Origin: Gemmatimonadales bacterium | Lineage (GTDB): Bacteria; Gemmatimonadota; Gemmatimonadetes; Gemmatimonadales; GWC2-71-9 | DNA length: 64,000 nucleotides | Reading direction: 5' to 3' | NCBI GenBank assembly: GCA_965249575.1 | Contig: OZ252244.1 | Location: forward strand, 640,001-704,000 | Part shown: piece by piece, positions 29,461 to 39,834 of the stretch | Numbering within the stretch: the first letter of the stretch is position 1 | How the letters are laid out: every line of letters starts with the position of its first letter | Program-made: the position numbers and the translations under genes | The notes under the pieces: model-generated | Seen by the model: only the letters and a program-made list of their open reading frames with translations | Told to the model about the DNA's origin: nothing | Database searches by the model: none

Positions 29461-30725
29461 TTGCCGCGCTCTTCCTCTGCCTCGCCGCGCTCCTGGTACT
29501 GGGCGTTCCGGTCGCATTTGCCATCGGTCTGAGCGGCCTCGTCGCCGTCGTCGTGAACGGCCAGATCCCCTACGAGGTAGTCCCCCAGCGCGCGTTCGCG
29601 GCGCTCAACTCCTGGGCGCTCATGGCTGTGCCGCTGTTCATCCTCGCGGGCGAGCTGATGAACGCTTGCGGGATCTCCCGGCGCGCCATCGCGATCATCG
29701 GCCGCCTTCGGGGGGGGCTGCCGATCGTGTCTGTCACATCGTCGATGTTCTTTGCCGGAATCTCCGGAAGCTCCAGCGCGAGCACGGCAGCGGTTGGGTC
29801 CATGATGATCCCCGCGATGGAACGTCGCGGATACCCAAAGCCCTTCGCAGCAGCGCTCCAAGCGGCCGGTGGGGCTATCGGCCCAGTCATACCACCCAGC
29901 ATTATCATGATCGTGATGGGGTACGTGACGGAGACGTCGATTGCGGCCCTCTTCATCGGCGGTGTCGTGCCCGGATTCCTGATCGGCGCCGCGCTCATTG
30001 GCGCGAGTCTAGGGAAAGCGCGCCAGTACGAGACTCGGACTCCGCTGACCGACGAGCAAACGGGCTCGCTGTGGCACGCCCTGTGGCAGGGGCTGCCCGC
30101 GATCGGCATGCCCGTGGTCGTCCTCGGAGGGATCTTGGGCGGTGTCTTTACTGCCACCGAGGCCGCGGGCATCGCTGTGGCGTACAGCCTACTCGTCGGC
30201 TTTGTGTTCTATCGCGAGCTGCGTTGGTCGGATCTACGTCCGCTCCTCGTGAGGGCCGGATTGAGGGCATGCGTTGTCATGTTCGTAGCAACGACTGCCT
30301 ACCTGGTGGCGTGGATTGTAGCGGTGGGACGGGTGCCCGACCAGCTGGGCGGGTTGCTGCAGAACTGGACCGGCAGTCAGCTCACGTTTCTCATTGCGTG
30401 CAACGTCATCCTGATCGTCATCGGGATGTTCATGGAGAGCATATCGGCGATCATCATCATGATGCCCATCCTCTACCCGATTGCCATGCAACTCGGCGTA
30501 GATCCGGTCCATTTCGGCGTCGTTGCGTCAGTGAACTTCTGCATCGGCATGGTGACGCCACCCTACGGCGCGACCCTGTTCGTAGCGTGCACGATATCGG
30601 GGCAGAGCGTTGGCGACGTGGCGCCGTGGACCCTGCGCCCCATCCTCGCCATGGTAGCCGTCCAGGTACTGATCACCCTGTTTCCGGCCACCATTACGGC
30701 GCTCCCCAGGTACTTCGGCCTCTGA
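29457..30725 (+). CDS. dctM: TRAP transporter large permease
   Basis: AVPLFILAGELM, GISGSS, VIPPSI, FTATEA, DPVHFG, TPPYG. Confidence 0.93.
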   Translation: MIAALFLCLAALLVLGVPVAFAIGLSGLVAVVVNGQIPYEVVPQRAFAALNSWALMAVPLFILAGELMNACGISRRAIAIIGRLRGGLPIVSVTSSMFFAGISGSSSASTAAVGSMMIPAMERRGYPKPFAAALQAAGGAIGPVIPPSIIMIVMGYVTETSIAALFIGGVVPGFLIGAALIGASLGKARQYETRTPLTDEQTGSLWHALWQGLPAIGMPVVVLGGILGGVFTATEAAGIAVAYSLLVGFVFYRELRWSDLRPLLVRAGLRACVVMFVATTAYLVAWIVAVGRVPDQLGGLLQNWTGSQLTFLIACNVILIVIGMFMESISAIIIMMPILYPIAMQLGVDPVHFGVVASVNFCIGMVTPPYGATLFVACTISGQSVGDVAPWTLRPILAMVAVQVLITLFPATITALPRYFGL

Positions 30726-31780
30726 TGGCGATACCCTCGCGCTGGTTTCAGCGCAGGCCGCCTCCCACCCGGCTTCGATGCCTGCCGGCGCTCGGGGTGC
30801 TCATCTCGAGCCTGCTCGTCGGTTCCTGCAGCTCGGACCGCGACGATCGCACCATCGTCATCAAGGCCAGCTCGAGCAGCGCGGCCAACGAGCCATCGGT
30901 TCGCGCCATGGAGATGTTCGGCCGGGAGCTTGCCACCCGAACCAACGGACGAATGCGAGTCGAGGTCTACCCGAACAACGCCCTCGGCAACGAGCGCGAG
31001 GTCATCGAGCTCCTCATCATCGGCGCCGTGGAACTGGCATCGCCCTCCAATGCGCCACTGGCCACGTTCGTGCAGGAGATGCTGATCTTCGATCTCCCCT
31101 TCTTGTTTCGAAGCCGTGAACACATGTACGCGGTGCTCGACGGCCCCGTGGGTCAGCGCTTCATCGAGCCGCTCCACGGGCGCGGGCTACAGCTCCTCGG
31201 GTACTTCGAGGCAGGCCTCAGACACCTAATGACCGTCGAGAAGCCGATCGAGCGCTTTCAGGACCTCGCGGGCTTGAAGATCCGAACCATGGAGAACCCG
31301 CTGCACCTGCGTGCGTTCCACGCCTTTGGAGCGAGCCCCCTGCCCATGGCATACGGCGAGCTGTACTCTGCGCTTGAACAGGGCGTGATCGACGGAGCAG
31401 AGGCCGCGAGATCGAACTACCACTCCAAACGGTTTTACGAGGTCGCCCCGAACTGGTCCGAAGTCGGCTGGATGTATTTGGTCTCACCGCTGGTCATGAG
31501 CGAGCGCTTCTATTCCCGACTCTCGGCAGACGACCAGCGTACGGTACAGGAGGCGGCCGCCGCCGCCATCGCTTGGGAGCGCCAGGAGTATCAACGGCAG
31601 GACGCAGCCGCGCTCGAGAAGCTCCAGGCGGCAGGGGTTCGGATGACGACTCCCGACCGCACGGCTTTCCTGGCGGCGGCACGAGAGGTCTGGCGGGCGT
31701 CGCAGGACTTCGTCGACCTGGATTTGGTGGAGTCCATCGTAGCGTCAGGGGAAGGCAGTGCCGGGTCGGACGATCGTTGA
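30725..31780 (+). CDS. dctP: TRAP transporter substrate-binding lipoprotein
   Basis: LVGSC lipobox, FDLPFLF, GLKIRTM, LYSALEQGVIDG. Confidence 0.9.
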   Translation: MAIPSRWFQRRPPPTRLRCLPALGVLISSLLVGSCSSDRDDRTIVIKASSSSAANEPSVRAMEMFGRELATRTNGRMRVEVYPNNALGNEREVIELLIIGAVELASPSNAPLATFVQEMLIFDLPFLFRSREHMYAVLDGPVGQRFIEPLHGRGLQLLGYFEAGLRHLMTVEKPIERFQDLAGLKIRTMENPLHLRAFHAFGASPLPMAYGELYSALEQGVIDGAEAARSNYHSKRFYEVAPNWSEVGWMYLVSPLVMSERFYSRLSADDQRTVQEAAAAAIAWERQEYQRQDAAALEKLQAAGVRMTTPDRTAFLAAAREVWRASQDFVDLDLVESIVASGEGSAGSDDR

Positions 31781-33338
31781 ACAGGTACGGGTCATTGACG
31801 GGACGGGCGCCCCAGCCTTCCTCTCCGACGTCGCGCTGAGCAACCGCCGCATCGAGGCGATTCAGCCGAGCCTGGAATCCGTGGCGGCGGACTGCCGGAT
31901 CGATGGCCGGGACCTCGTGTTGACACCTGGGTTCATCGACGTGCACACCCATTCGGACCTCACCGTCCCCGCTGATCCACGCACCGTCAGCCAGTCCACT
32001 CAGGGCGTCACCGCCCAAGTAGTGGGGAATTGCGGATTCTCGGCCGCGCCCCTGGGCCGGCGGAGCGATCTCAAGCACCAGATGCTCGGTCCTGTGCCCG
32101 ACACCGCGGAGAGTTGGTCGGATTTCGCGTCCTACCGCGATTGCCTCGACCGGCTCACGCCCAATACGCACATCACCCCGCTGGTCGGCCACGCGGCGCT
32201 CCGGCATCGGGTATCGCACGATCCGCTCGAGCCTTCAACCGCGGCCGGCATCCGCCGGCTCGTCGACGAGCTGGAGGTATGCTTCGACCAGGGGGCTCGC
32301 GGCTTGAGCCTCGGCCTGGAGTACCTACCGGGTAGCATCGCGTCCCAAGAGGAGTTGTTGGCCGTCTGCACATGTGCCGGCGCGCGGGACGCGCCGGTCA
32401 CGGTGCACGTCCGGAACCGGGACGTTGCCTTCGAACGCAGCATTGCCGAGGTACTGCAACTCGCACTCGACAGCGGCGCACGACTCCATCTCTCGCATAT
32501 CGCCCCCAAGTACGGGGCTCGAGATGGAGCGATCGACTGGCTGCTGGGCGAGTTGGAGGGGTTCGCACGTCGGGGACCCACCGTAACCTTCGATGAGATT
32601 CCCTACGAGTGGGGAACGACAAAAATGGCGGCGGCGCTCCCGCAGCACATGCTGCACGGCGACCCGTCCGACGTATTGCAGCGGCTCGCGCAGAGCGACG
32701 CCGGGCGACCGCTGCGCGAGCACACCGGCTGCATGTGGAAGATGGTCCCCGACGGTAGGTGGGACTTGATCAACCTCGTGCACGCACCTGGCTCGCGGGC
32801 CCTTGAAGGGAAGCCGTTCCTGGAGGTCGCGCGCCGCTTGAACACCGACCCCTGGACCGCTGCGGCCTGGATCTTGGCGGCAGCGGGAGATCGGCTGCAC
32901 GAAGTTCTCTGGATCGGGCACCTGAAGGACGCGGCCGTGCTCGATACACTCCTTCTGCACGAGCAGTGTCTCCTGTGCTCGGACGGGATCACGTTGGCCC
33001 CTGACGGTCCGCTGGCCGGCGCAGAGTGGTCGCGTGCGTGCTACGGGTGGGCGGCGCGTGCCCTCACCTTCCTTACCGAACGCGGTGTCACTCTCGAGGC
33101 AGGGGTCCACCGCCTCACCGGAGCGGCGGCAGCCTGGCTCGATTGGCCTGAACGAGGGCGCATCGCGGTCGGGGCGCCGGCCGATCTCGTCCTCATCGAC
33201 CCGTCCCAACTCCGTGAGCGGGCGACCTACCAAGACCCCCACCGGCCAACCGCCGGCATCGAGCAGGTATGGCTCGGGGGCGAGCCGCTCATCGCCGACG
33301 GCACCGTCTCGCACGCACGTAACGGTCAGGTCCTCTAG
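31758..33338 (+). CDS. N-acyl-D-amino-acid deacylase family amidohydrolase
   Basis: PGFIDVHTHSD, VVGNCG, HVRN, HLSH, CSDG, RGRIAVGAPADLV. Confidence 0.88.
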   Translation: MPGRTIVEQVRVIDGTGAPAFLSDVALSNRRIEAIQPSLESVAADCRIDGRDLVLTPGFIDVHTHSDLTVPADPRTVSQSTQGVTAQVVGNCGFSAAPLGRRSDLKHQMLGPVPDTAESWSDFASYRDCLDRLTPNTHITPLVGHAALRHRVSHDPLEPSTAAGIRRLVDELEVCFDQGARGLSLGLEYLPGSIASQEELLAVCTCAGARDAPVTVHVRNRDVAFERSIAEVLQLALDSGARLHLSHIAPKYGARDGAIDWLLGELEGFARRGPTVTFDEIPYEWGTTKMAAALPQHMLHGDPSDVLQRLAQSDAGRPLREHTGCMWKMVPDGRWDLINLVHAPGSRALEGKPFLEVARRLNTDPWTAAAWILAAAGDRLHEVLWIGHLKDAAVLDTLLLHEQCLLCSDGITLAPDGPLAGAEWSRACYGWAARALTFLTERGVTLEAGVHRLTGAAAAWLDWPERGRIAVGAPADLVLIDPSQLRERATYQDPHRPTAGIEQVWLGGEPLIADGTVSHARNGQVL

Positions 33339-33346
33339 CAGGTCTC

Positions 33347-34579
33347 ATGAACGGCGAAACCGCGCGTGCGTTGGCAGAGGAGCGACGCTCGGAGTTATTG
33401 GACCTGCTCCGCGAGCTGATTGCCGCACCATCCCCCTACGGCAGCTCGGGTCGTAAGGCCCAGGAGATCGCGGCGGCATACCTCGAGGCCCGCGGATACC
33501 AGTCAGAGCTCACTAGCGAGCGACCTCTCGAGTGGCGCGCGCATCCAGATTTCACGATGCCGCCCGGTCCGACACCGGAAGAGCCGGTCAACCTGCGGGC
33601 GTACGCGGGTTCCACACCCCATCCGGGCCTCGCCCTCTTGGCTCACGTCGACACGGAACAGTCTGGCGATGGGTGGTCATCGAACCCCTACGAGTTGGTC
33701 GAGCGTGACGGCCGCGTATGCGGTTTGGGAGCGGCCGACGACAAGGGCGGCCTCGCCACGGCGCTCGTCGCCGCCACGATTCTCGCAGCCCTCGGCTGCG
33801 GCCCAGTGGTCTTGAGCGTACATGGAAAGGGGGGCGGCGCTCGCGGAACGCTGCCCGTAATAGCGGGGCTGCGGCGGTATCCAGGCGCCACGATCTACCT
33901 CCATCCGGCCGAGACCGGGCACGGACTCCAAGAGCTCAAGCACGCCAGCCGCGGCGTCGCGGACTTCGGGATCTCGCTCGCCGGTTGGCGCGGTCCGCCA
34001 CGCGAGATCAGAACACTGGAGAGTGCTTCTTTTGTGGAGGGGGGCGACGCGCTGGCAGCTCTGCTGGCCGGGGTGGAGCGGCTCCGACGGCACGATTTGA
34101 CCGACTGCGAGATCAATCTCGGCCGCGTCGCGGCTGGGGAGCGGGCAGGGCTGACACCTGATCGATGCGATGCCGAGCTCCGTGTCCTGTTTGCAGAGCC
34201 ACGCACGGTTCAGCAGGTCGGGGCAGTCGTGCGTGCGGCCATCGAAAGCAGCGTTCGCTCTAGATCGGCTGACACCCGGCAGTTCAGGTATACGATATCG
34301 GAAGGCACGCGGGCCAACCCTGCATCGACTCCCTGGGACGGAGGCGCTTGTGTCACACTGCGCGACGCAGTACGCCAGGTCACCGGCTCGGAGCCCGCGC
34401 CCTATGGCGGGCACTTGGCGAGCGACATTCGATTCCCGATTCGACTGCTCGGTGCGGCGGGGGTGGGAGTGGGATCGTTGGCGGGGAACTTCTACGGCCC
34501 CGATGAGTGGGTGGACGTCGACGATCTGGTGCGTTTGGTGGCGGTCACCGTGGTGTTCGGAAACGAATGGACCGGGTGA
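33347..34579 (+). CDS. M20/ArgE-DapE family fold protein with altered metal-binding motifs
   Basis: AHVDT and GAADDKGG present; EE motif replaced by HGKGG; C-terminal His replaced (NFYGPDE). Confidence 0.78.
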   Translation: MNGETARALAEERRSELLDLLRELIAAPSPYGSSGRKAQEIAAAYLEARGYQSELTSERPLEWRAHPDFTMPPGPTPEEPVNLRAYAGSTPHPGLALLAHVDTEQSGDGWSSNPYELVERDGRVCGLGAADDKGGLATALVAATILAALGCGPVVLSVHGKGGGARGTLPVIAGLRRYPGATIYLHPAETGHGLQELKHASRGVADFGISLAGWRGPPREIRTLESASFVEGGDALAALLAGVERLRRHDLTDCEINLGRVAAGERAGLTPDRCDAELRVLFAEPRTVQQVGAVVRAAIESSVRSRSADTRQFRYTISEGTRANPASTPWDGGACVTLRDAVRQVTGSEPAPYGGHLASDIRFPIRLLGAAGVGVGSLAGNFYGPDEWVDVDDLVRLVAVTVVFGNEWTG

Positions 34580-34619
34580 ACGCAATCGGGAGACGGAGCT
34601 TACGGGACAGCCCCCCCGG

Positions 34620-34859
34620 TCAACGAGCCACTTCGGGCTCGCCGATCTTCACACCTGACGCGAGGCTGGACTCGATGAACTCCGCAAACACAGCGTCCAG
34701 CATCGCCAACGCTTCGGTGTAGGACGCGCCCTCGGCGTGGCAATCGGGTAACTCGCGGATGTGCGCGACCCAGCGCGGGACCCCGGTCTCGTCATAGTCC
34801 ACCTCGGCAAAGCGAGTGTAGGGCAGCGACCGATAGTACCCGATGTCCTTCCCCTTCAA
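34620..34859 (-). CDS. HicB-like antitoxin (short form, no DNA-binding domain)
   Basis: YYRSLPY...WVAHIRELPDCHAEGASYTEAL...G.KIGEP; TTG start overlaps the upstream TGA. Confidence 0.78.
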   Translation of the reverse strand: MKGKDIGYYRSLPYTRFAEVDYDETGVPRWVAHIRELPDCHAEGASYTEALAMLDAVFAEFIESSLASGVKIGEPEVAR

Positions 34860-35128
34860 TGTCCGGCAATCCAGTCTGCAACTGCTTCCACGCACTGAAC
34901 GCGCACGGCAGCGTCCACCTCGCGGGCGCCCTGGTGCAGCGGCTCCAAGATCGCGAGCAACCGCTGGGCTAGCGCTTCACGCTGTGCTGGGGCGGAAGCG
35001 TTCCAATTGGCATCGACCAAGGCCCTCATGCGCTCGAGCGCAGTCCCGGTCCGCTTGCGAAACTCGTCGGGCAGCCCGCGTGCGATCTTTCGGTCCCGGT
35101 CCGTGATCCTAGCCATCCCAAGGACCAT
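34856..35128 (-). CDS. Small alpha-helical hypothetical protein coupled to the HicB-like gene
   Basis: 86-90 aa ORF whose stop overlaps the hicB-like start; no HicA motif. Confidence 0.5.
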   Translation of the reverse strand: MVLGMARITDRDRKIARGLPDEFRKRTGTALERMRALVDANWNASAPAQREALAQRLLAILEPLHQGAREVDAAVRVQCVEAVADWIAGH

Positions 35129-35267
35129 ACGACGGGGAGAGTGAGGCGCATAGGGCGTTCTTGGGACATCAAGGTACTTTGGCGGGACATCACGCGGCGT
35201 TCGCGAAGGTCACACGGGTGACCGGATGCGCGGGCGGCGAGACTGGCTGCGCTCTCCGAGCGCAGAT

Positions 35268-38084
35268 CTACTGAGCGGTTTCCGGCTTGAGAGACACCCG
35301 CACGTAATGCTCCGTGCGGAGGAACCGTTCCGCGGCCTCCCGCACCGCCGCGACGTCCAGAATGTCTACCAGATCGTCCCGATGCACGATCTCCCGAGGG
35401 TCCTCACCGAATCGGGCAGCGCGCTGCAACTCTCGTAGCCAGTAGCGATTTTCCTTCAGGTTGGTCTCGTGCGCCCGGCGCTGAGCTTCTTGAGTTTTCT
35501 TCACATACTCGAGCGTGGGCCCGACAAGACGCAAACTGTCGACCTGCTGAAATACGACCCCAACGAGTTCGTCCGCACGGTCGGGCGCCGAGCCAAAGCT
35601 CACCCTGAACGTGTACTCCTCGTCGGGATACCTGGAGATGGATCCGCTCACGCGTACCCCATACGTGCCGCCCAGCTCTTCGCGGAGTAGTTCCCGAAGC
35701 CTGATCTCTAGCACGTTGGCCAGGGATCCAAGCAGGTATCGGTTCCACCTCGTGTCGTGGACACTACCCGTGAACACGATCTCCGTGAGACTCTTTGGCT
35801 CGACTCCCCGCCGCACCACCCGCTCCACGACCCCCGGAGGGGGATCAATGTCGATCTCTCGCCACGTCTCCTCCCGGCCTTGAGATGGGAGGCTACCAAT
35901 GTAGGTCAGCACGAGCGGCCTCAACGTCTCGACATCGAAGCTCCCGACCAGGGTGAACGTGAAGTCGCCAATGTCTCCGAACCGGTCGCGGTAGAAGTCG
36001 TATGAGCGGTCGAGATCCATCTCGTCGTACAGCGCGCTCGTGGGCGGCCGCGCCCGAAAATGATGCTGGGCCAGGGTAACTCGTAGCGTGTCACGAAAAG
36101 CGGCCTCGGGACTCGCACCCCGATTCTCCAGCACGCCCTTCGCCCGAGCCTGATAGGTACTGAAAGCGGAGCTATCCCGCCGGGGCGCGGTGACGTAGAG
36201 GTAGAGCAATTGAAAGAATGTTTCGAGGTCCGACACCGACGAATTCCCAGAGAAACCCTCATAGAGCGAGGTCACGTACGGTGCAACACTGACGGCCTTG
36301 CCAGCGAGCTTCTTGTCCAACTCGATACGACTCAAATCCCCTACCCCGCCGAACCAGATCACCGATGCCGCCGTCATCGCGGGCACGTAGTCCCCATCCG
36401 AAGCGAGCGATGTACCCCCCGGACTCGATGCGCTCACCAGAATCTCGTCGTCCTTGAAATCCGTTGGTTTGAGGACCACGCGGACCCCGTTGGATAATTC
36501 CCAGACGGTGACGCCTACCTCGTCGATGAATTCGTCCGTCACGACTCGTCCCGGCCGCGGAACGGTAGCGAGCAAGGGCGCATCACCGACCTTGTCCTCG
36601 TATGGCTCGATAATCTTCGTAGCGACAGCCTGGAGGATCGAGCGTAACTCCTCGTCTTCCGGAACCCTCGCTCCGGCCTTCTCCGGTGCGTTGACCGCGA
36701 TGACGCGATTACGATCCGTGATCCATTCCTCGGCGAGCCGGTTCACCTCGGCGAGTCGTATCCCGGGTAACAGCGAATCGACTGCGCGGTATTCGTACTC
36801 GATGCCGGGGATGGGCTCCTCCTCTAGGAAATGCTGCACGTACCCGGCGGCGTAGGCGTTGGATTCCGTCTTTTCACGCTCCGCGAACGCCTGTTCGACG
36901 GCACGCTGGATGTTGCGTTTCGCACGATCGAGCTCGGACGGAGTGAACCCGTATCGCCGCACGCGCTCGGCCTCCGTGAGGAGCGCCTCGAGGCCTGCGG
37001 AGACTCCCCCGTCGGCCACACCGGCGCCGAGAAAGTAGACCTCAGACGTGCGGACGAAGCGTCCCTGTCCCGACGACGCGCCGAGGAACGGCGCGTTCGG
37101 TAACTGGCTGATTTCGTCCAATCGATCATTGAGCATGATGCTGTACAGATTCTCAACGATTCCTTTTCGATAGGCTAATACGGTCCGCTGCACTCGACTG
37201 GGTTGCTTGGAGTAGACCGAAACACGCGAAATTGTGGCCTCGGCGTCGGTCGCTGTCGTGATCAATGTCTCGTCGTGTCCGGGCACCTCGTACCGGGGGC
37301 GGGGGCGGGGGCGCACCTCAGTCGTGCCCGGAATCCCCGCGAAGTACTTCACGATGAGGTCTTCGATCTGCTGTGGATCGAAGTCGCCCACGGCGACCAC
37401 GGCCATCAAATCCGGTCGGTACCAGTCGAGGTAGAATCGCTTCAACACCGGGTGACCGAACGTTTCGAGTACGTCTTTCCTGCCGATCGGAAGTCGCTCG
37501 GCGTAGCGTGCACCCTTGAAGAGCACCGGAAGCTGCTGGTTCAGCATGCGCATGCTCGCCCCACGGCCCAGCCGCCACTCCTCGATCACGACCTGCCGTT
37601 CCTGGTCGATTTCGGTGCCGTCCAGACTGATGTTCTGCGCCCACTCGGAGAGAATCAAGAACGCGCGCTCCAGCGCGTCCGCGGAGTCGGAGGGGACCGT
37701 CAGCGTGTACACGGTCTCGTCGAACGTCGTGTAGGCGTTGATATCGGGGCCGAAACGCATGCCGATCCCTTCTAGATAGTCGACCAGCTCCTGCCGGGGG
37801 AAGCGCTCCGTACCGTTGAACGCCATATGCTCGAGCAGATGCGCTAGCCCCTCCTGGCCGTCGTCCTCAAGTACGGAACCGGCATTCACCACGAGCCGGA
37901 GGTCGGCACGATTCTCGGGCCGCTGGTTCGCGCGAACGTAGTATCGGAGCCCGTTGTCGAGCGTATCGATCGTCACGTCACGGTCGACCGGAAGCAAACC
38001 CTGAGCCCGAACGTGGGTCGAACCACCCACTGACAGTGAAACGGGTAGGGCTAGGACGAGGATGACGCCGCTTCTCAACCGCAT
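35268..38084 (-). CDS. M16 (insulinase/PqqL-like) zinc protease, exported
   Basis: Signal peptide, LDNGLRYY, GLAHLLEHMAFNGT, NAYTTFDETVY, LSNGVRV, LREELGGTY. Confidence 0.95.
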   Translation of the reverse strand: MRLRSGVILVLALPVSLSVGGSTHVRAQGLLPVDRDVTIDTLDNGLRYYVRANQRPENRADLRLVVNAGSVLEDDGQEGLAHLLEHMAFNGTERFPRQELVDYLEGIGMRFGPDINAYTTFDETVYTLTVPSDSADALERAFLILSEWAQNISLDGTEIDQERQVVIEEWRLGRGASMRMLNQQLPVLFKGARYAERLPIGRKDVLETFGHPVLKRFYLDWYRPDLMAVVAVGDFDPQQIEDLIVKYFAGIPGTTEVRPRPRPRYEVPGHDETLITTATDAEATISRVSVYSKQPSRVQRTVLAYRKGIVENLYSIMLNDRLDEISQLPNAPFLGASSGQGRFVRTSEVYFLGAGVADGGVSAGLEALLTEAERVRRYGFTPSELDRAKRNIQRAVEQAFAEREKTESNAYAAGYVQHFLEEEPIPGIEYEYRAVDSLLPGIRLAEVNRLAEEWITDRNRVIAVNAPEKAGARVPEDEELRSILQAVATKIIEPYEDKVGDAPLLATVPRPGRVVTDEFIDEVGVTVWELSNGVRVVLKPTDFKDDEILVSASSPGGTSLASDGDYVPAMTAASVIWFGGVGDLSRIELDKKLAGKAVSVAPYVTSLYEGFSGNSSVSDLETFFQLLYLYVTAPRRDSSAFSTYQARAKGVLENRGASPEAAFRDTLRVTLAQHHFRARPPTSALYDEMDLDRSYDFYRDRFGDIGDFTFTLVGSFDVETLRPLVLTYIGSLPSQGREETWREIDIDPPPGVVERVVRRGVEPKSLTEIVFTGSVHDTRWNRYLLGSLANVLEIRLRELLREELGGTYGVRVSGSISRYPDEEYTFRVSFGSAPDRADELVGVVFQQVDSLRLVGPTLEYVKKTQEAQRRAHETNLKENRYWLRELQRAARFGEDPREIVHRDDLVDILDVAAVREAAERFLRTEHYVRVSLKPETAQ

Positions 38085-38386
38085 CGGATCTCCTCAGAAA
38101 TGACGCGCGTGAACCGGGGACCGCAGTTCTCCCCGTATGCCAGTGGCCGCCCGCGGTTTCGCGGCTCGGGATGCATGGCCCACTCGGTGCTCCCGATGGT
38201 GCCACAAGGAAATTCGGGGGGCCGGCTGACGCTATAGGACGTGGGGACGCGAGGTGCTAGGCTCCCAATCTTCGCGCTACGAGGGGAACGGTCCGACCCG
38301 CAACTTCCCTGGAGGCGTCTCATCGGTCCGGGTCCCACTCCCCTCTCTTGTTTCACGCTAGTGTACCACTGCGGAGGGGGCGTACA

Positions 38387-39634
38387 TCACGAATCGCGAT
38401 TCGGCCGGTCACGGATCTCTCCGGCTCTGATGATACCGCTCCGCCCGTACTTACTGCGAATGGCATCTACGACGTGAGCGAGGGTCCGGTCGCGCTCAGT
38501 CTCGTCTTCCGCTCCGCCCTCGTCGAACAGGGAGAGCTGCGGTTCTCTCTCGGCGTCATCGGTCAATTGCGAGAGAGAGACGCCGAGCAGGCGCGCCGCC
38601 GTCCGCCTGTCACGGCGGAGCTTTCTCAAGAGGCCGAGAGCCGCGCCATGAACGGGCCGTTCAGCGGACACCGGCCGCCGCAGCGTCCGGCTGGCCTGCC
38701 GGGTCGTGAAGTCCGCATCCCGCAACTTCACCGTGACGGTCCGGGCTCGGAGTCCGTTGCGCCGCAAGTCCCCAGCCACTAGCGCGCTCATTCGGAGGAG
38801 CTCCCGCTCGATCTCGTCATCACTCGAAAGATCGGTCTCGAAGGTCGCTTCGTGACTCAGCGACTTGCGCCGACCCTCGTGGACCACAGGCGCTCGGTCA
38901 ACCCCCCGCACGCGTTCGTATAACCACCGCCCCGTCCGCTCACCGAACCAACGCTGAAGCGTATGGAGTTCGTGAGCCAGGGCATCGCGCACCGTCCGCA
39001 AGCCGTGGTGTTGCAGGCGCTCCTGAAACCGAGGCCCGATCATCGGAATCTCCGCCAAGTCGAGCCCGCTCAGGAACTCGGCTTCCCCACCCGGCGGCAC
39101 GATGTGCACGCCCTGCCCCCGGCCCGGCTTTGCCCGCTTGGCCGCGAGCTTCGCCACCAACCGCGACGTACCTCCTCCGATGGACACCGAAAGACTGGTT
39201 CGCTCGGTCACCGCCGAGCGCATCCGCGCCGCCGTTTCGGAAAACGACTCGTCGTGGTAGAGCTCCTCGGTCCCCGACAAGTCGACGTAGAATTCGTCGA
39301 TGCTCGCGGCTTCCACGATCGGCGAAAAGCGCTCCAGTGCCCTGTGAATCTCCTTGCTCTTTCGGCTGCACGCGCCCCTGGGTACCGGGACCACCTTCGC
39401 TGCTGGGCAGAGTCGGAGCGCCTGCGCCGTGGGCATCGCGGAACGCACCCCAAAGGATCGTGCCTCATAGGACGCCGATGTGACCACTCCCCGGCCACTT
39501 GCGGAGCCACCTACGATGAGGAGCGACTCCTTCCCCACACCCTCGGGATCCAGCAGTCGGGCCACCGCCACGAAAAACGCGTCGGCGTCAACGAGGAGAA
39601 TGCGGCGAGCGGAGTAAGCTAGGTTCGATGACAC
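38387..39634 (-). CDS. dinB: DNA polymerase IV
   Basis: LLVDADAFF, SASYEARSFGVRSAMP, ASIDEFY, VTVKLRDADF. Confidence 0.95.
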   Translation of the reverse strand: MSSNLAYSARRILLVDADAFFVAVARLLDPEGVGKESLLIVGGSASGRGVVTSASYEARSFGVRSAMPTAQALRLCPAAKVVPVPRGACSRKSKEIHRALERFSPIVEAASIDEFYVDLSGTEELYHDESFSETAARMRSAVTERTSLSVSIGGGTSRLVAKLAAKRAKPGRGQGVHIVPPGGEAEFLSGLDLAEIPMIGPRFQERLQHHGLRTVRDALAHELHTLQRWFGERTGRWLYERVRGVDRAPVVHEGRRKSLSHEATFETDLSSDDEIERELLRMSALVAGDLRRNGLRARTVTVKLRDADFTTRQASRTLRRPVSAERPVHGAALGLLRKLRRDRRTAARLLGVSLSQLTDDAEREPQLSLFDEGGAEDETERDRTLAHVVDAIRSKYGRSGIIRAGEIRDRPNRDS

Positions 39635-39834
39635 GTCGTGGTCGGAAGCGCGACCTGTGTACGATTGCGAGCTTGACTGCAGGATAATGTCGCAACGGCC
39701 CCTGCGATGCCAGACCGGCCATCCCCCACTCGCGATTCGCCACTCACCGCTCGCAATTCCCCGTCCCTATCCCCACCGAGGTGGGCTGACTACTTTGGTC
39801 GGCTCGGAACCGCATGGCGTGTATAGGGGAGAGT

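Noticed and set aside
29675..29710. Possible short in-frame deletion in dctM (GISRRAIAIIGRLRGG looks a few residues short)
   Set aside because: Cannot be established without an alignment
38100..38385. Possible cobalamin riboswitch or other ncRNA between dinB and the M16 protease
   Set aside because: CCCGCAACT and GCCACTG-like strings lie on different strands or in the wrong order. A GAGGGGA/TCCCCTC hairpin exists, but no family can be supported
39665..39765. TTGCGA-N19-TCGCAA inverted repeat as an SOS box for dinB, plus short CACTCGC-type repeats
   Set aside because: Does not match a LexA box I can support; single occurrence and low complexity
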